Below, one piece after another: positions 1-8,416 of a DNA stretch of 42,112 nt. Origin of the DNA: Burkholderiales bacterium (lineage in GTDB: Bacteria; Pseudomonadota; Gammaproteobacteria; Burkholderiales; CAIKXV01). Each line of letters begins with the position of its first letter. Position 1 is the stretch's first letter. A program made the position numbers and the translations under genes. The stretch lies in assembly GCA_014379045.1 (NCBI GenBank), contig JACMMK010000321.1, positions 1-42,112 of the forward strand, in the 5' to 3' direction. Below the pieces are notes generated by a model, which was not told the origin of the DNA, did not search any database, and saw nothing but the letters and a program-made list of their open reading frames with translations.

Positions 1-138
1 GGGGGCGTGTTGCTGCTTGCCGCAGACGTCGCCGCCCGACTCGTGATCGCCCCGCAGGAGCTTCCGGTCGGCGTGTTGACCGCGGTGCTCGGCGGCATCT
101 ATCTGCTCGCCCTGCTGCGGCGACGCCGGGCGCTCTAG
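1..138 (+). CDS. C-terminal end of a FecCD-family ABC importer permease (5' part outside window)
   Basis: Frame 1 reads GGVLLLAADVAARLVIAPQELPVGVLTAVLGGIYLLALLRRRRAL and stops at TAG 136-138. This tail is typical of iron-siderophore/hemin/B12 permeases. The ATPase gene starts 3 nt later. Confidence 0.7.
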   Translation, partial: GGVLLLAADVAARLVIAPQELPVGVLTAVLGGIYLLALLRRRRAL

Positions 139-140
139 CG

Positions 141-959
141 ATGTCGACAAACGCTGTGGCGTTCCCGCTCGCCCCGCAGATCGCGCTCAGTGCGCGCGAA
201 GTGAGCGTGACGCTGGGTCGGACGCAGGCACTCGATCGCGTGTCGCTCGACCTGCCTGCAGGTCAGTGGACCGCGATTGTCGGCATGAACGGCGCGGGCA
301 AGAGCACGCTGCTCGCCGCCCTGGCCGGTTTGTGCAAACTCGACCGCGGCACCGTCACGCTGTGCGGTCAGTCGATCACGACGCTGTCCGAGCGCGAGCG
401 CGCGCGTCGTCTCGCGTGGCTCGCGCAGCAAGGCGATGCCGACAGCGAAGTCACCGTACGCGACATCGTGCGCCTCGGTCGATTGCCGCACCACGGCCTG
501 TTCGGCGCGCCCGATGGGCACGACGAGACCCTGGTCGAGGCGGCCATGCGCGATACCGAATGCACCTGCTTCGCCGAGCGCCGCCTGAGCGAATTGTCGG
601 GAGGAGAGCGGCAGCGCGTGCTGCTCGCGCGTGCCCTCGCAGTGAACGCGCCGGTGATGCTGCTCGATGAACCCACGACGCATCTCGATGCGCCGCATCA
701 GCGCGCGGTGATCCGATGCATCGTCGCTCTGGCGCGCGCCGGTACTGCGGTGGCCACGGTATTGCACGATCCCACGCTCGCGCTTGCCGCCGATCGGGTC
801 GTCGTGATGGCGCACGGAAAGATCCTTTTGGTCGGCGCGCCCGACGATCCGGCGTTGCGCACGACGTTGATCGACGCGTTCGACCACGCGTTCACCATCG
901 AGCGCCTGAACCTCGGGGGACGTGGACGCTGGGTGTCGGTGACGCGGCTGCACGACTGA
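141..959 (+). CDS. ABC transporter ATP-binding protein (iron-chelate/hemin/B12 importer type)
   Basis: Walker A GMNGAGKST, signature LSGGERQRV and Walker B MLLDEPTTHLD. It directly follows the FecCD-type permease. Confidence 0.9.
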   Translation: MSTNAVAFPLAPQIALSAREVSVTLGRTQALDRVSLDLPAGQWTAIVGMNGAGKSTLLAALAGLCKLDRGTVTLCGQSITTLSERERARRLAWLAQQGDADSEVTVRDIVRLGRLPHHGLFGAPDGHDETLVEAAMRDTECTCFAERRLSELSGGERQRVLLARALAVNAPVMLLDEPTTHLDAPHQRAVIRCIVALARAGTAVATVLHDPTLALAADRVVVMAHGKILLVGAPDDPALRTTLIDAFDHAFTIERLNLGGRGRWVSVTRLHD

Positions 960-983
960 CTGGTGGTGCGGACAGGCGGGCGA

Positions 984-1637
984 TTAACCGCGCATCAACG
1001 CCTTCACGTCAGCCGTCAGATCGTTCGTGTCGATCTCGTGCCGCGCCATCAGTCGCAACCGCCCCTGGGGGTCGTAAAGATAGGTGAAGGTCGAGTGATC
1101 GATCGTGTAGCTCTGCGCACCCGCCCCCTTCACCCGGTTGTAGTAGGCCTTGTACGACTTTGCGGTTTCGGCGATCTGCGCCGGCGTGCCGTACAGGCCG
1201 GTGAACGAGGGATCGAACGCCGGCACGTAGTTCTTCAACAGCTCGGGCGTGTCGCGCTCGGGGTCGAGCGTGATCATGACCACCTGCAGGTGCCCGGCGT
1301 CCGCGCCGAGCGCTTTCGACACTTCCGCCAGTTTCAGCATCGCAGTCGGACACGCATCGGGGCACTGGGTGAAGCCGAAGAACACCGCGACGACCTTGCC
1401 CTTGTAGTCGGCGAGCGTACGCGGCTGGCCGTTGAAGTCGGTCAGCGCAAAGCCTTGTCCGAAATTCGCTCCGGTGACATCGATCGAGCGAAACGCCGGC
1501 TTCTGCGCTTCACCGCAAGCGACCAGCATCGAGCCAGTGCCGGCCATGGCGAGGGCCGACAGCGCGAACTGCGCGCCGCGCACGAGCGCACGACGACGCT
1601 GCGTATCGATGACCGACCTGGGTAGCGTACGGCGCAC
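984..1637 (-). CDS. SCO1/SenC-family copper chaperone / thiol-disulfide protein
   Basis: Thioredoxin-fold CxxxC motif FGFTQCPDACP plus a downstream His (IDHSTF). N-terminal lipobox-like LVAC. Lies 5 nt downstream of the PCuAC gene. Confidence 0.9.
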   Translation of the reverse strand: MRRTLPRSVIDTQRRRALVRGAQFALSALAMAGTGSMLVACGEAQKPAFRSIDVTGANFGQGFALTDFNGQPRTLADYKGKVVAVFFGFTQCPDACPTAMLKLAEVSKALGADAGHLQVVMITLDPERDTPELLKNYVPAFDPSFTGLYGTPAQIAETAKSYKAYYNRVKGAGAQSYTIDHSTFTYLYDPQGRLRLMARHEIDTNDLTADVKALMRG

Positions 1638-1642
1638 GATGG

Positions 1643-2158
1643 CTAGCGCGGGTGACCCATCGCGCGATGGCTCTCGTGCGCTCCCTCGCGGCCACTTTTC
1701 TTCGCCTCAGCGGTCACCGGACGGACCTGCGCCTGCACGGCCACCTGTTCGCGCTTGCCGTCCTTGCCTTCGAAGGTCAGCGTGATCGGTATCGTGGCAC
1801 CCTTCTCGAGCGGCCCGGTCAGGTCGACAAGCATCATGTGGTAGCCGCCCGGGCGAAGCTCGAGCGGCCTACCCGGCGCGACCGGCACCGCGTCCACCGC
1901 GCGCATGCGCATCACGTTGTCGACTGTCGTCATCTGATGGATTTCGACGATCCGCGAAGCCGCTGACGAAGCCCCGACGAGGCGCGTCTGCGACGCGGAC
2001 GTGATGCGCATGAATGCGCCGGTCGAGCGCATGCCGGTCACCGTGCCCCGGACCCAGGGGTCATCGATCGTGACTTGCGCGAAGCCCGTCGTGGCAGCAC
2101 CGAGCATCGCGAGGCCGATCGCGGCACACGTCGCGCAGTGCATCCGCTGCGGCCGCAT
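1643..2158 (-). CDS. Copper chaperone PCu(A)C (DUF461 family)
   Basis: Signal peptide (AAIGLAMLGAATTGFA) and Cu-binding-type motifs IHQMT...MRMR...GGYHMMLVDL, with a His/Met-containing tail. Start chosen at ATG 2158; ATG 2143 is also possible. The track start at 2200 adds a non-signal N-extension. Confidence 0.85.
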   Translation of the reverse strand: MRPQRMHCATCAAIGLAMLGAATTGFAQVTIDDPWVRGTVTGMRSTGAFMRITSASQTRLVGASSAASRIVEIHQMTTVDNVMRMRAVDAVPVAPGRPLELRPGGYHMMLVDLTGPLEKGATIPITLTFEGKDGKREQVAVQAQVRPVTAEAKKSGREGAHESHRAMGHPR

Positions 2159-2264
2159 CGAAACCGAATGCGGCGCTTGAATGTCGCAGGAAGATTGCAT
2201 AGCGCGAGTATATTCGTCGCATGCCCCTGCCTGCTCACCCTACCGCGATGTCTGTGCGCGCACG

Positions 2265-2630
2265 ATGACTGCCGAGCCGCTCGTGCTGTTCGCCCACGGC
2301 GCGCGCGATGCACGCTGGGCAGAGCCGTTCGAGGCGATCCGCACCGCGCTCCAGGCGCAGCAGCCGACACGGCGCATCGAACTCGCGTTCCTCGAGTTCA
2401 TGCAGCCGTCGCTCGATGAAGTCGCCGCGGCGCTGCATGCCGACGGGGTCGAACGCGCGCTCGTCGTGCCGTTGTTTCTCGCCACCGGCGGTCATCTCCG
2501 ACGCGACCTGCCGGCGATGGTCGAAGCGATCGGCGTGCGCTTTCCCGGGCTCGAGTTCCGTATCGAAGCGCCGCTCGGCGAGTCGCCTGCGATGCGCCGG
2601 GCAATCGTCGACTGGCTCGCCGGCATGTAG
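2265..2630 (+). CDS. CbiX/SirB-type sirohydrochlorin chelatase-like protein
   Basis: LVLFAHGARDARW ... VVPLFLATGGHLRRDLP is the CbiX small-form pattern. ATG 2265 was chosen because the upstream part of the track ORF is low-complexity. Confidence 0.75.
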   Translation: MTAEPLVLFAHGARDARWAEPFEAIRTALQAQQPTRRIELAFLEFMQPSLDEVAAALHADGVERALVVPLFLATGGHLRRDLPAMVEAIGVRFPGLEFRIEAPLGESPAMRRAIVDWLAGM

Positions 2631-2702
2631 CGACCGGTAAAGTTCCCGCGCGGGGTGCGTGTTAAAATTTCGGGCTCGGTCGCGCCCCCAACTGGAGCCC
2701 CA

Positions 2703-3770
2703 ATGAGCACCCATCGCATCGCAGTCATTCCCGGCGACGGCATCGGCAAGGAAGTGATGCCGGAGGGGGTTCGCGTACTCGAAGTCGCCGCGCGCAAGTT
2801 CGGCCTGTCGCTTGCCTTCGACCATTTCGACTGGGGCTGCGATCAGTATGAAAAGTACGGGTCGTGGATGCCCGCCGACTGGAAGGCGCAGGTCGGGGGC
2901 CACGACTGCCTGTTCTTCGGCGCCTCGGGCTGGCCGGCAACGGTACCCGACCATGTCTCGCTGTGGGATTCGCTGATCAAGTTCCGCCGCGAGTTCGACC
3001 AGTACGTGAATCTGCGCCCGTGCCGGCTGATGCCCGGCATCAAGAGCCCGCTCGCCGATCGCAAGCCCGGCGACATCGATTTCTGGATCATCCGCGAGAA
3101 CACCGAGGGCGAGTACTCGTCGATCGGCGGGCGCGCGTTTCCGGGCACCGAGCGCGAAGTCGTGAGCCAGCAATCGACGTTCACCCGCATCGGCACCGAT
3201 CGCATCCTCAAGTTCGCGTTCGAGTTGGCGGCCAGGCGGCCGAAGCAACACCTGACCTCGGCGACCAAGTCGAACGGCATCTCGATCACGATGCCGTACT
3301 GGGACGAGCGGGTCGAGGCGATGGCGATCAACTATCCGCAGGTGAAGTGGGACAAGTATCACATCGACATCCTGTCAGCGAACTTCGTGCTCCACCCTGA
3401 CTGGTTCGACGTCGTCGTCGCCTCGAACCTGTTCGGCGACATCCTGTCCGATCTCGGCCCGGCCTGCACCGGCACGATCGGCATCGCACCATCGGGCAAC
3501 ATCAATGCCGATCGCAAGTTCCCGTCGCTGTTCGAGCCGGTGCACGGCTCCGCCCCCGACATCGCCGGCCGCGGCGTCGCGAACCCGATCGGCGCGATCT
3601 GGTCGGGCGCGATGATGCTCGATCATCTCGGGCATCCCGAGGCGGGCGCGGCGATCGTGAAGGCGATCGAGAAGGTGCTCGAACCCGGCAGCGGCGCCCC
3701 GCGCACGCGCGACATCGGCGGCACGGCAGGGACGGTCGACCTGGGCAAGGCGATCGCCGAAGCGCTCTGA
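2703..3770 (+). CDS. ttuC: Tartrate dehydrogenase/decarboxylase / D-malate dehydrogenase (isocitrate/isopropylmalate DH family)
   Basis: Near-collinear similarity, from memory, to E. coli DmlA/YeaU and TtuC: RIAVIPGDGIGKEV, LIKFRREFDQYVNLRP, IRENTEGEYS, TSATKSNG, MPYWDERV, VVASNLFGDILSDLGPACTGTIGIAPS, FEPVHGSAPDI. GGAG lies upstream of ATG 2703. Confidence 0.9.
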   Translation: MSTHRIAVIPGDGIGKEVMPEGVRVLEVAARKFGLSLAFDHFDWGCDQYEKYGSWMPADWKAQVGGHDCLFFGASGWPATVPDHVSLWDSLIKFRREFDQYVNLRPCRLMPGIKSPLADRKPGDIDFWIIRENTEGEYSSIGGRAFPGTEREVVSQQSTFTRIGTDRILKFAFELAARRPKQHLTSATKSNGISITMPYWDERVEAMAINYPQVKWDKYHIDILSANFVLHPDWFDVVVASNLFGDILSDLGPACTGTIGIAPSGNINADRKFPSLFEPVHGSAPDIAGRGVANPIGAIWSGAMMLDHLGHPEAGAAIVKAIEKVLEPGSGAPRTRDIGGTAGTVDLGKAIAEAL

Positions 3771-3774
3771 GGTC

Positions 3775-4998
3775 GTGCCGCCGGCCCCCTCCTTTCCCTG
3801 GCAGACCCGACCGCTGACCGTCCTCGGCATCACCACGCTGGTGCAGATCGTCACCGTGATGATCGCGCACAGCATGGTGGTGATCGCGCCGGCGATGGCC
3901 GGCGTGCTCGCCGTCGATCCGGCACTGATCGGCTTCCAGGTGAGCCTGGTCTACGGCGGGGCGATGATCGCGGTGATCTTCGGCGGGCGCCTGGTGCAGC
4001 GTTTCGGCGCGTGTCGCACGCAGCAGTACTGCCTCGCGCTGTCGGCGCTTGGCGCGTTCGGCGCGATGGTACCGAACGTCGCCGTCGTCGCGCTCGCCTC
4101 GTTGCTGATGGGCATCGGCACCGGACCGACGACGCCGGCATCGAGCCACGCGCTGAACCGCTTCACCGACCCGGCGAACCGCAATCTGCTGTTTTCGCTG
4201 AAGCAGACCGGCGTGCCGCTCGGCGTCGTCTCGGCGGCGTTCCTGATGCCCTCGACGACGCTCGCCGTCGGTCCGCAATGGGCGTTCGCCACCGTGGCGA
4301 CGATTGCACTGCTCTCGATCGCCGTGCTGGCTCCCGCGCGCGCGACCTGGGACGACGATCGCACGCCGGGCGTGCGCCTGGTGCAGGACCCGCTCGGCGG
4401 GCTACCGGTCGTCTGGCGCCACCCAGTACTGCGTGGCCTCTCGCTCGCCGCATTCTTCTATGCGTTCACGCAACTGTGCGTGACGTCGTTCACGGTCACG
4501 ATGCTGGTGACCGAGTTCGGTGTGGGACTGGTCCAGGCGGGGCTGCTGCTCTCGCTCGTGCAGTTGTCGGGCGTCGTCTCGCGCGTGTTGTTCGGCATCT
4601 ACGCCGATCGCCTGGGCAGCGCGCTGAAGCCGCTCGCGCTGATCGGTTGCGCGACCGCGGTGATGTGCGCGATCACCGCGCTGCTCGGCCCCGGGTGGCC
4701 GCGCACCGGGCTCTATCTGTTGCTCGTCTGTCTGGGCGCCTCGGCCGTCGGCTGGACCGGCATGTTCATCGCCGAAGTCGCACGCGTCGCCCCGAAGGGG
4801 CAGGTCGGCATCGCGACCAGCGGCGCCATCGCGTTCAACTTTCTCGGCATCCTGTGCGGGCCGGCACTGTTCGCGGTCGCCTACGGGTTCGTCGGCAGCT
4901 ACGCGCAGACGTTCGGACTGCTGACGCTCGTGGCGTTGATCGGTGTCGCGATCCTTCTAAAGACGCGTCGGGTCGAAAGCTCGACGTTACAGTGCTAG
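3775..4998 (+). CDS. MFS transporter
   Basis: About 12 hydrophobic segments over 407 aa. GTG start lies 5 nt after the ttuC stop. Confidence 0.8.
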   Translation: MPPAPSFPWQTRPLTVLGITTLVQIVTVMIAHSMVVIAPAMAGVLAVDPALIGFQVSLVYGGAMIAVIFGGRLVQRFGACRTQQYCLALSALGAFGAMVPNVAVVALASLLMGIGTGPTTPASSHALNRFTDPANRNLLFSLKQTGVPLGVVSAAFLMPSTTLAVGPQWAFATVATIALLSIAVLAPARATWDDDRTPGVRLVQDPLGGLPVVWRHPVLRGLSLAAFFYAFTQLCVTSFTVTMLVTEFGVGLVQAGLLLSLVQLSGVVSRVLFGIYADRLGSALKPLALIGCATAVMCAITALLGPGWPRTGLYLLLVCLGASAVGWTGMFIAEVARVAPKGQVGIATSGAIAFNFLGILCGPALFAVAYGFVGSYAQTFGLLTLVALIGVAILLKTRRVESSTLQC

Positions 4999-5081
4999 AA
5001 CGAGCCGCCAAGCGCAGCGGCGCATCGGCGGATTCCGCTCGACAGCGGCGTCAGGCGAACGCTCATGAGCGCCGTCTACGA

Positions 5082-5357
5082 TCAGCGATCTTCACGCGTA
5101 TGCCACAGCCTCAGCACTATCACCAGATCGTCCGCCACCTCGTATCGAAGCTCGTAGTCGTCCACGAGCATGCGCCGCACCTCCCGAGGAGCGAACTCCA
5201 GCAGCGATGCGCCGAGCCGCGGTTCGACTTGCAGCATTTTCGGAGCTTGCTTCAGTCTCCCCATCAGGCGCGTGGCCGCGGTCGGATTCACCGGCGCCAG
5301 GAAAGCATGAAGTCGCGCCAAATCCCCGATCGCAGAACGCGACCATTTAAGCCTCAC
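5082..5357 (-). CDS. parE: ParE/RelE-family type II toxin
   Basis: VRLKWSRSAIGDLARLHAFL...YELRYEVADDLVIVLRLWHTRE matches the ParE pattern (W-S-x-A-x-DL ... VxILRVxH-REDR). GTG 5357 overlaps the antitoxin stop (GTGA). Confidence 0.8.
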   Translation of the reverse strand: MRLKWSRSAIGDLARLHAFLAPVNPTAATRLMGRLKQAPKMLQVEPRLGASLLEFAPREVRRMLVDDYELRYEVADDLVIVLRLWHTREDR

Positions 5358-5629
5358 GCGGGCGGCGGCAGCGGCTTCTTCGTCCCCAGGCTGTCGATCC
5401 AAAGGTCGACATCGGTGTGGTCGACGACTCGCCCGGCGTCCACGTCCGTTATCGCATCGAGCGTCATCCTATGCCGCCGCTCTTCAAGCGCGATGAAGTC
5501 TGCGAGCGCCTGCTTGACAATCCAACCGCGTGGGCGGTCGAGCCGCGCCGCGAGAACGTCGACCTGATCGGCCATCGAAGTCGGTACGTGGGAGGTTATG
5601 ACGCGGGTTTCAGAGTTGGCGTTGCGCAT
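5354..5629 (-). CDS. Ribbon-helix-helix (CopG/ParD-like) antitoxin
   Basis: RVITSHVPTSMADQVDVLAARLDRPRGWIVKQALADFI has an RHH beta-strand plus two helices. Lies immediately upstream of, and 4-nt overlapped with, the ParE gene. ATG 5629 chosen as start. Confidence 0.7.
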   Translation of the reverse strand: MRNANSETRVITSHVPTSMADQVDVLAARLDRPRGWIVKQALADFIALEERRHRMTLDAITDVDAGRVVDHTDVDLWIDSLGTKKPLPPPA

Positions 5630-5716
5630 TCGATTGCTCGTTAATCGGAACCAATCATTATACGTCAGTGGTACCACGTACTTGGCGCGCACGTCTTAAG
5701 GCAAGCTTTGCGAATT

Positions 5717-7426
5717 TCAATGCACCGTCGGCGCCCAGCGTCCGTCCACTTCGACCGCACGTCCGTCCCCCGCCAGCTTCAGCAGGTGCGCATGCAGCGA
5801 CCGTCGCGCCACCGGGTGCAGCGTTTCGGGCGTATCGGCGTAGACGGTTGCAACCAGCGCGTCGAGCGTCGCGCCACCCTCGGCGCCGAGCGTAGCCAGA
5901 CCCGCGACGACCTTCGCCTCGCGCTTGAGCCGGTGCGCGATCAGCTGTCGCACCGCCTCATGAGGGCGCGTGATCAGATAGCCGTGTCCCGGTGCGAGCG
6001 CTTCGAGTTCCATCGACAGCAGACGCTCGAGCGACGCGAGATACGCCGACATGTCGCCGTCGGGCGGCGAGATCACCACCGTCGACCCCTGCATGATGTG
6101 ATCGCCGGTGAACAGCACGCGCTCCTGCTCGAGCAGCCAGCACAGATGATTCGACGCATGCCCGGGCGTGTGGACCGCGCGCAGCGTACAGCCGCCGACC
6201 TGCAGACGTTCACCGTCGGCGAACACGCGCTCGGGCACGAACGATTGATCCTGATTGGGATACGGCGGCGGCGGCATGCCGATCGTCGTTGCCCCCGTGG
6301 CCGCCTTCAGCGCCGCGACGCCCGGCGAATGATCGAGATGGGTATGCGTGCAGACGATCCAGCGCAACCGGGTGCCGACCAGAGCAAGCAGTGCCTCGAG
6401 GTGCGGTGCGCTGACCGGACCGGGATCGAGCACCGCCAGATCGCCGACGTCGAGGTCGCCGATCAGGTAGGTGTTGGTGCCCGGCCCTGTCATCACGCCT
6501 GGGTTGGGCGCGACGACGCGCCGCACGCGACGCGACAACGCCGTCACGGCACCCGGCGTGGTCTCGCTCGTGATGTGCTCGGACCCGAACGGATTCACCC
6601 GTTGCGCCTCGTCGTACCCCGGCTCGTCGGGAAGGATGCGCTCGACCTGTCCGCGCCGCCGCACGATCCACGGCAGCCGCGGGCGCACCTCACCCGCATT
6701 GCGTACCCACGCCAGTGCTTCGGCGGTCGATGCGAACGGCGCCAGCGTCTCCAGTGTCTTCAGCGTCGGAAAGCGCAGCAGCAGTTCACCGCGCGCCTGC
6801 AGCGCGAGCGCGTCGGCGGGCCGGATCCAGACCTGACTCACGCTTTCGATATCGTCGTGCAGGCTCGCCTGGTTCTCCGGCACCGCAGCGACGAAGAAGC
6901 GGGTGTCGTACCGCTTCTTCTCCGACACCGGCGTGATCCAGTGACTCAGATAGGCGATGCGATCGGTCGCGAGCTGCAGCGATTCGGCCGCGCACACCTC
7001 GGCCAGCGTGCGCCCTCTCCCATGCACCACGCGCCGATGCTCGGCAAAACGCTTTTCCTCCGCCGCCGGTTGCAGGTCGAGCAGATGTCCCGCAGGCTCG
7101 TAGCCCAGCAACAGGCCCGCCTCTTCGAACGTCTCGCGGATCGCCGCGACGAAGTATGCGAGCCCGCCCTGCTCGAGCCCGAGCACGGCGCTCGCGCGGG
7201 TATCGTCGAGTCCGACACAGCGCGCGCCGATGTCGGCTGCGCGATCGGTGTCGTCGACGCCCCCGCCCGGAAAGACGAATGCGCCGGCCATGAAATCCAG
7301 GTGCGGGCTGCGTTGCAACAGCAGCACCTCGGGTCCGTGGTCGGCGTCGCGCAGCAGCACCAGGGTCGCTGCCGGGCGTGGCACCACCGGCGCCTTCATC
7401 GGGTTCTGGTGTCCCTCTGCAGGCAT
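5717..7426 (-). CDS. NUDIX hydrolase / MBL-fold metallo-hydrolase fusion protein
   Basis: N-terminal Nudix-like segment (LLLQRS...FPGGGVDD...AIRETFEEAGLLL). C-terminal metallo-beta-lactamase motif CTHTHLDHSPG and later HTPGHASNH. Confidence 0.85.
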   Translation of the reverse strand: MPAEGHQNPMKAPVVPRPAATLVLLRDADHGPEVLLLQRSPHLDFMAGAFVFPGGGVDDTDRAADIGARCVGLDDTRASAVLGLEQGGLAYFVAAIRETFEEAGLLLGYEPAGHLLDLQPAAEEKRFAEHRRVVHGRGRTLAEVCAAESLQLATDRIAYLSHWITPVSEKKRYDTRFFVAAVPENQASLHDDIESVSQVWIRPADALALQARGELLLRFPTLKTLETLAPFASTAEALAWVRNAGEVRPRLPWIVRRRGQVERILPDEPGYDEAQRVNPFGSEHITSETTPGAVTALSRRVRRVVAPNPGVMTGPGTNTYLIGDLDVGDLAVLDPGPVSAPHLEALLALVGTRLRWIVCTHTHLDHSPGVAALKAATGATTIGMPPPPYPNQDQSFVPERVFADGERLQVGGCTLRAVHTPGHASNHLCWLLEQERVLFTGDHIMQGSTVVISPPDGDMSAYLASLERLLSMELEALAPGHGYLITRPHEAVRQLIAHRLKREAKVVAGLATLGAEGGATLDALVATVYADTPETLHPVARRSLHAHLLKLAGDGRAVEVDGRWAPTVH

Positions 7427-7429
7427 CGC

Positions 7430-8416
7430 TCACTCGCCCTTGATCTTCGCCGCCTTCACCACCTGCTGCCACTTCGGAATCTCGCGCGCGATGTAGGCGG
7501 CGAGCTGTTCCGGCGTGCCCCCGCCCGGCTCGGCACCGAGCGCGAGCAGACGTTCGCGCGCTGCGGGTTCGGCAACGATCCGCGCGACCTCGCCGTTCAG
7601 GCGCTGAACCACCTCGCGCGGCGTTGCCGCAGGCCCGATCAGCGCGTAGATCGTCGTGACATCGTACCCCGGCAGCGCGTCGCCGACGGGCGCGTACTCG
7701 GGCAGCGACGCCGAACGGCGGCTACCGGAGAGCCCTAGAGCGCGCAGCTTGCCCGCGCGCACGAACGGCAGCGCCGCCGAGGCACCGGTGAACATCATGT
7801 CGACCTGTCCGCCGACCAGATCGGCGAGCGCCGGCGCACTGCCCTTGTACGGAATGTGCACGATGCTCGCCCCGGTCATCACCGCGAACAACTCGCTCGC
7901 CAGATGCGCGGTCGATCCCGCACCCGACGAGGCGAAGTTGAGCTTTCCGGGTTGGGCACGCACCAGCGCGACCAGCGACTTCACGTCCTGCGCCGGTACC
8001 CGCGGGTTGACCACCAGCAGCAAGGGGCTCGATGCGATCAGGCTGATCGCCGCGAAATCCTTGACCGGGTTGTACGCGAGCGCGGGATAGATGCTCGGCG
8101 CGATCGTGAGTTCGCCGCCGCCACCGACCAGCAGCGTATAACCGTCGGGCGCCGCGCGCACCACGGTCTCGGTCGCGATGGTGGCGCCTGCGCCCGGTCG
8201 ATTGTCGACGATCACCTGTTGCCCGAGCGTCTCCGCGAGGCGTCCGGCGGTGAGCCGCGCCACGATGTCGACGGGCCCGCCGGGGGCATATCCGACCAGT
8301 GCGCGCACCGGCTTCACCGGCCACGTTTGCGCAACGGCGACGGGCGTTGCCATCGTACTCGCCAGCGCGGCTCCTACGATCATGCAGAACTGATTCGTGA
8401 AGCGCGTCGCGCTCAT
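7430..8416 (-). CDS. Bug/TctC-family tripartite tricarboxylate transporter substrate-binding protein
   Basis: Signal peptide MSATRFTNQFCMIVGAALASTMATPVAVA, then WPVKPVRALVGYAPGGPVD...DNRPGAGATI. ATG 8416 overlaps the stop of the upstream TPP enzyme gene (ATGA). The 963-aa track ORF is an off-frame extension. Confidence 0.9.
   Translation of the reverse strand: MSATRFTNQFCMIVGAALASTMATPVAVAQTWPVKPVRALVGYAPGGPVDIVARLTAGRLAETLGQQVIVDNRPGAGATIATETVVRAAPDGYTLLVGGGGELTIAPSIYPALAYNPVKDFAAISLIASSPLLLVVNPRVPAQDVKSLVALVRAQPGKLNFASSGAGSTAHLASELFAVMTGASIVHIPYKGSAPALADLVGGQVDMMFTGASAALPFVRAGKLRALGLSGSRRSASLPEYAPVGDALPGYDVTTIYALIGPAATPREVVQRLNGEVARIVAEPAARERLLALGAEPGGGTPEQLAAYIAREIPKWQQVVKAAKIKGE

Noticed and set aside
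4011-5567. 518-aa plus-strand ORF
   Set aside because: It is an off-frame reading of the MFS gene that then runs antisense through the ParE/RHH pair. It is Arg-rich low complexity.
5708-7738. 676-aa plus-strand ORF
   Set aside because: It is antisense to the NUDIX-MBL gene and part of a Bug gene. Its composition is Arg/His/Gln-rich with no motifs, as expected for antisense frames in about 70% GC DNA.
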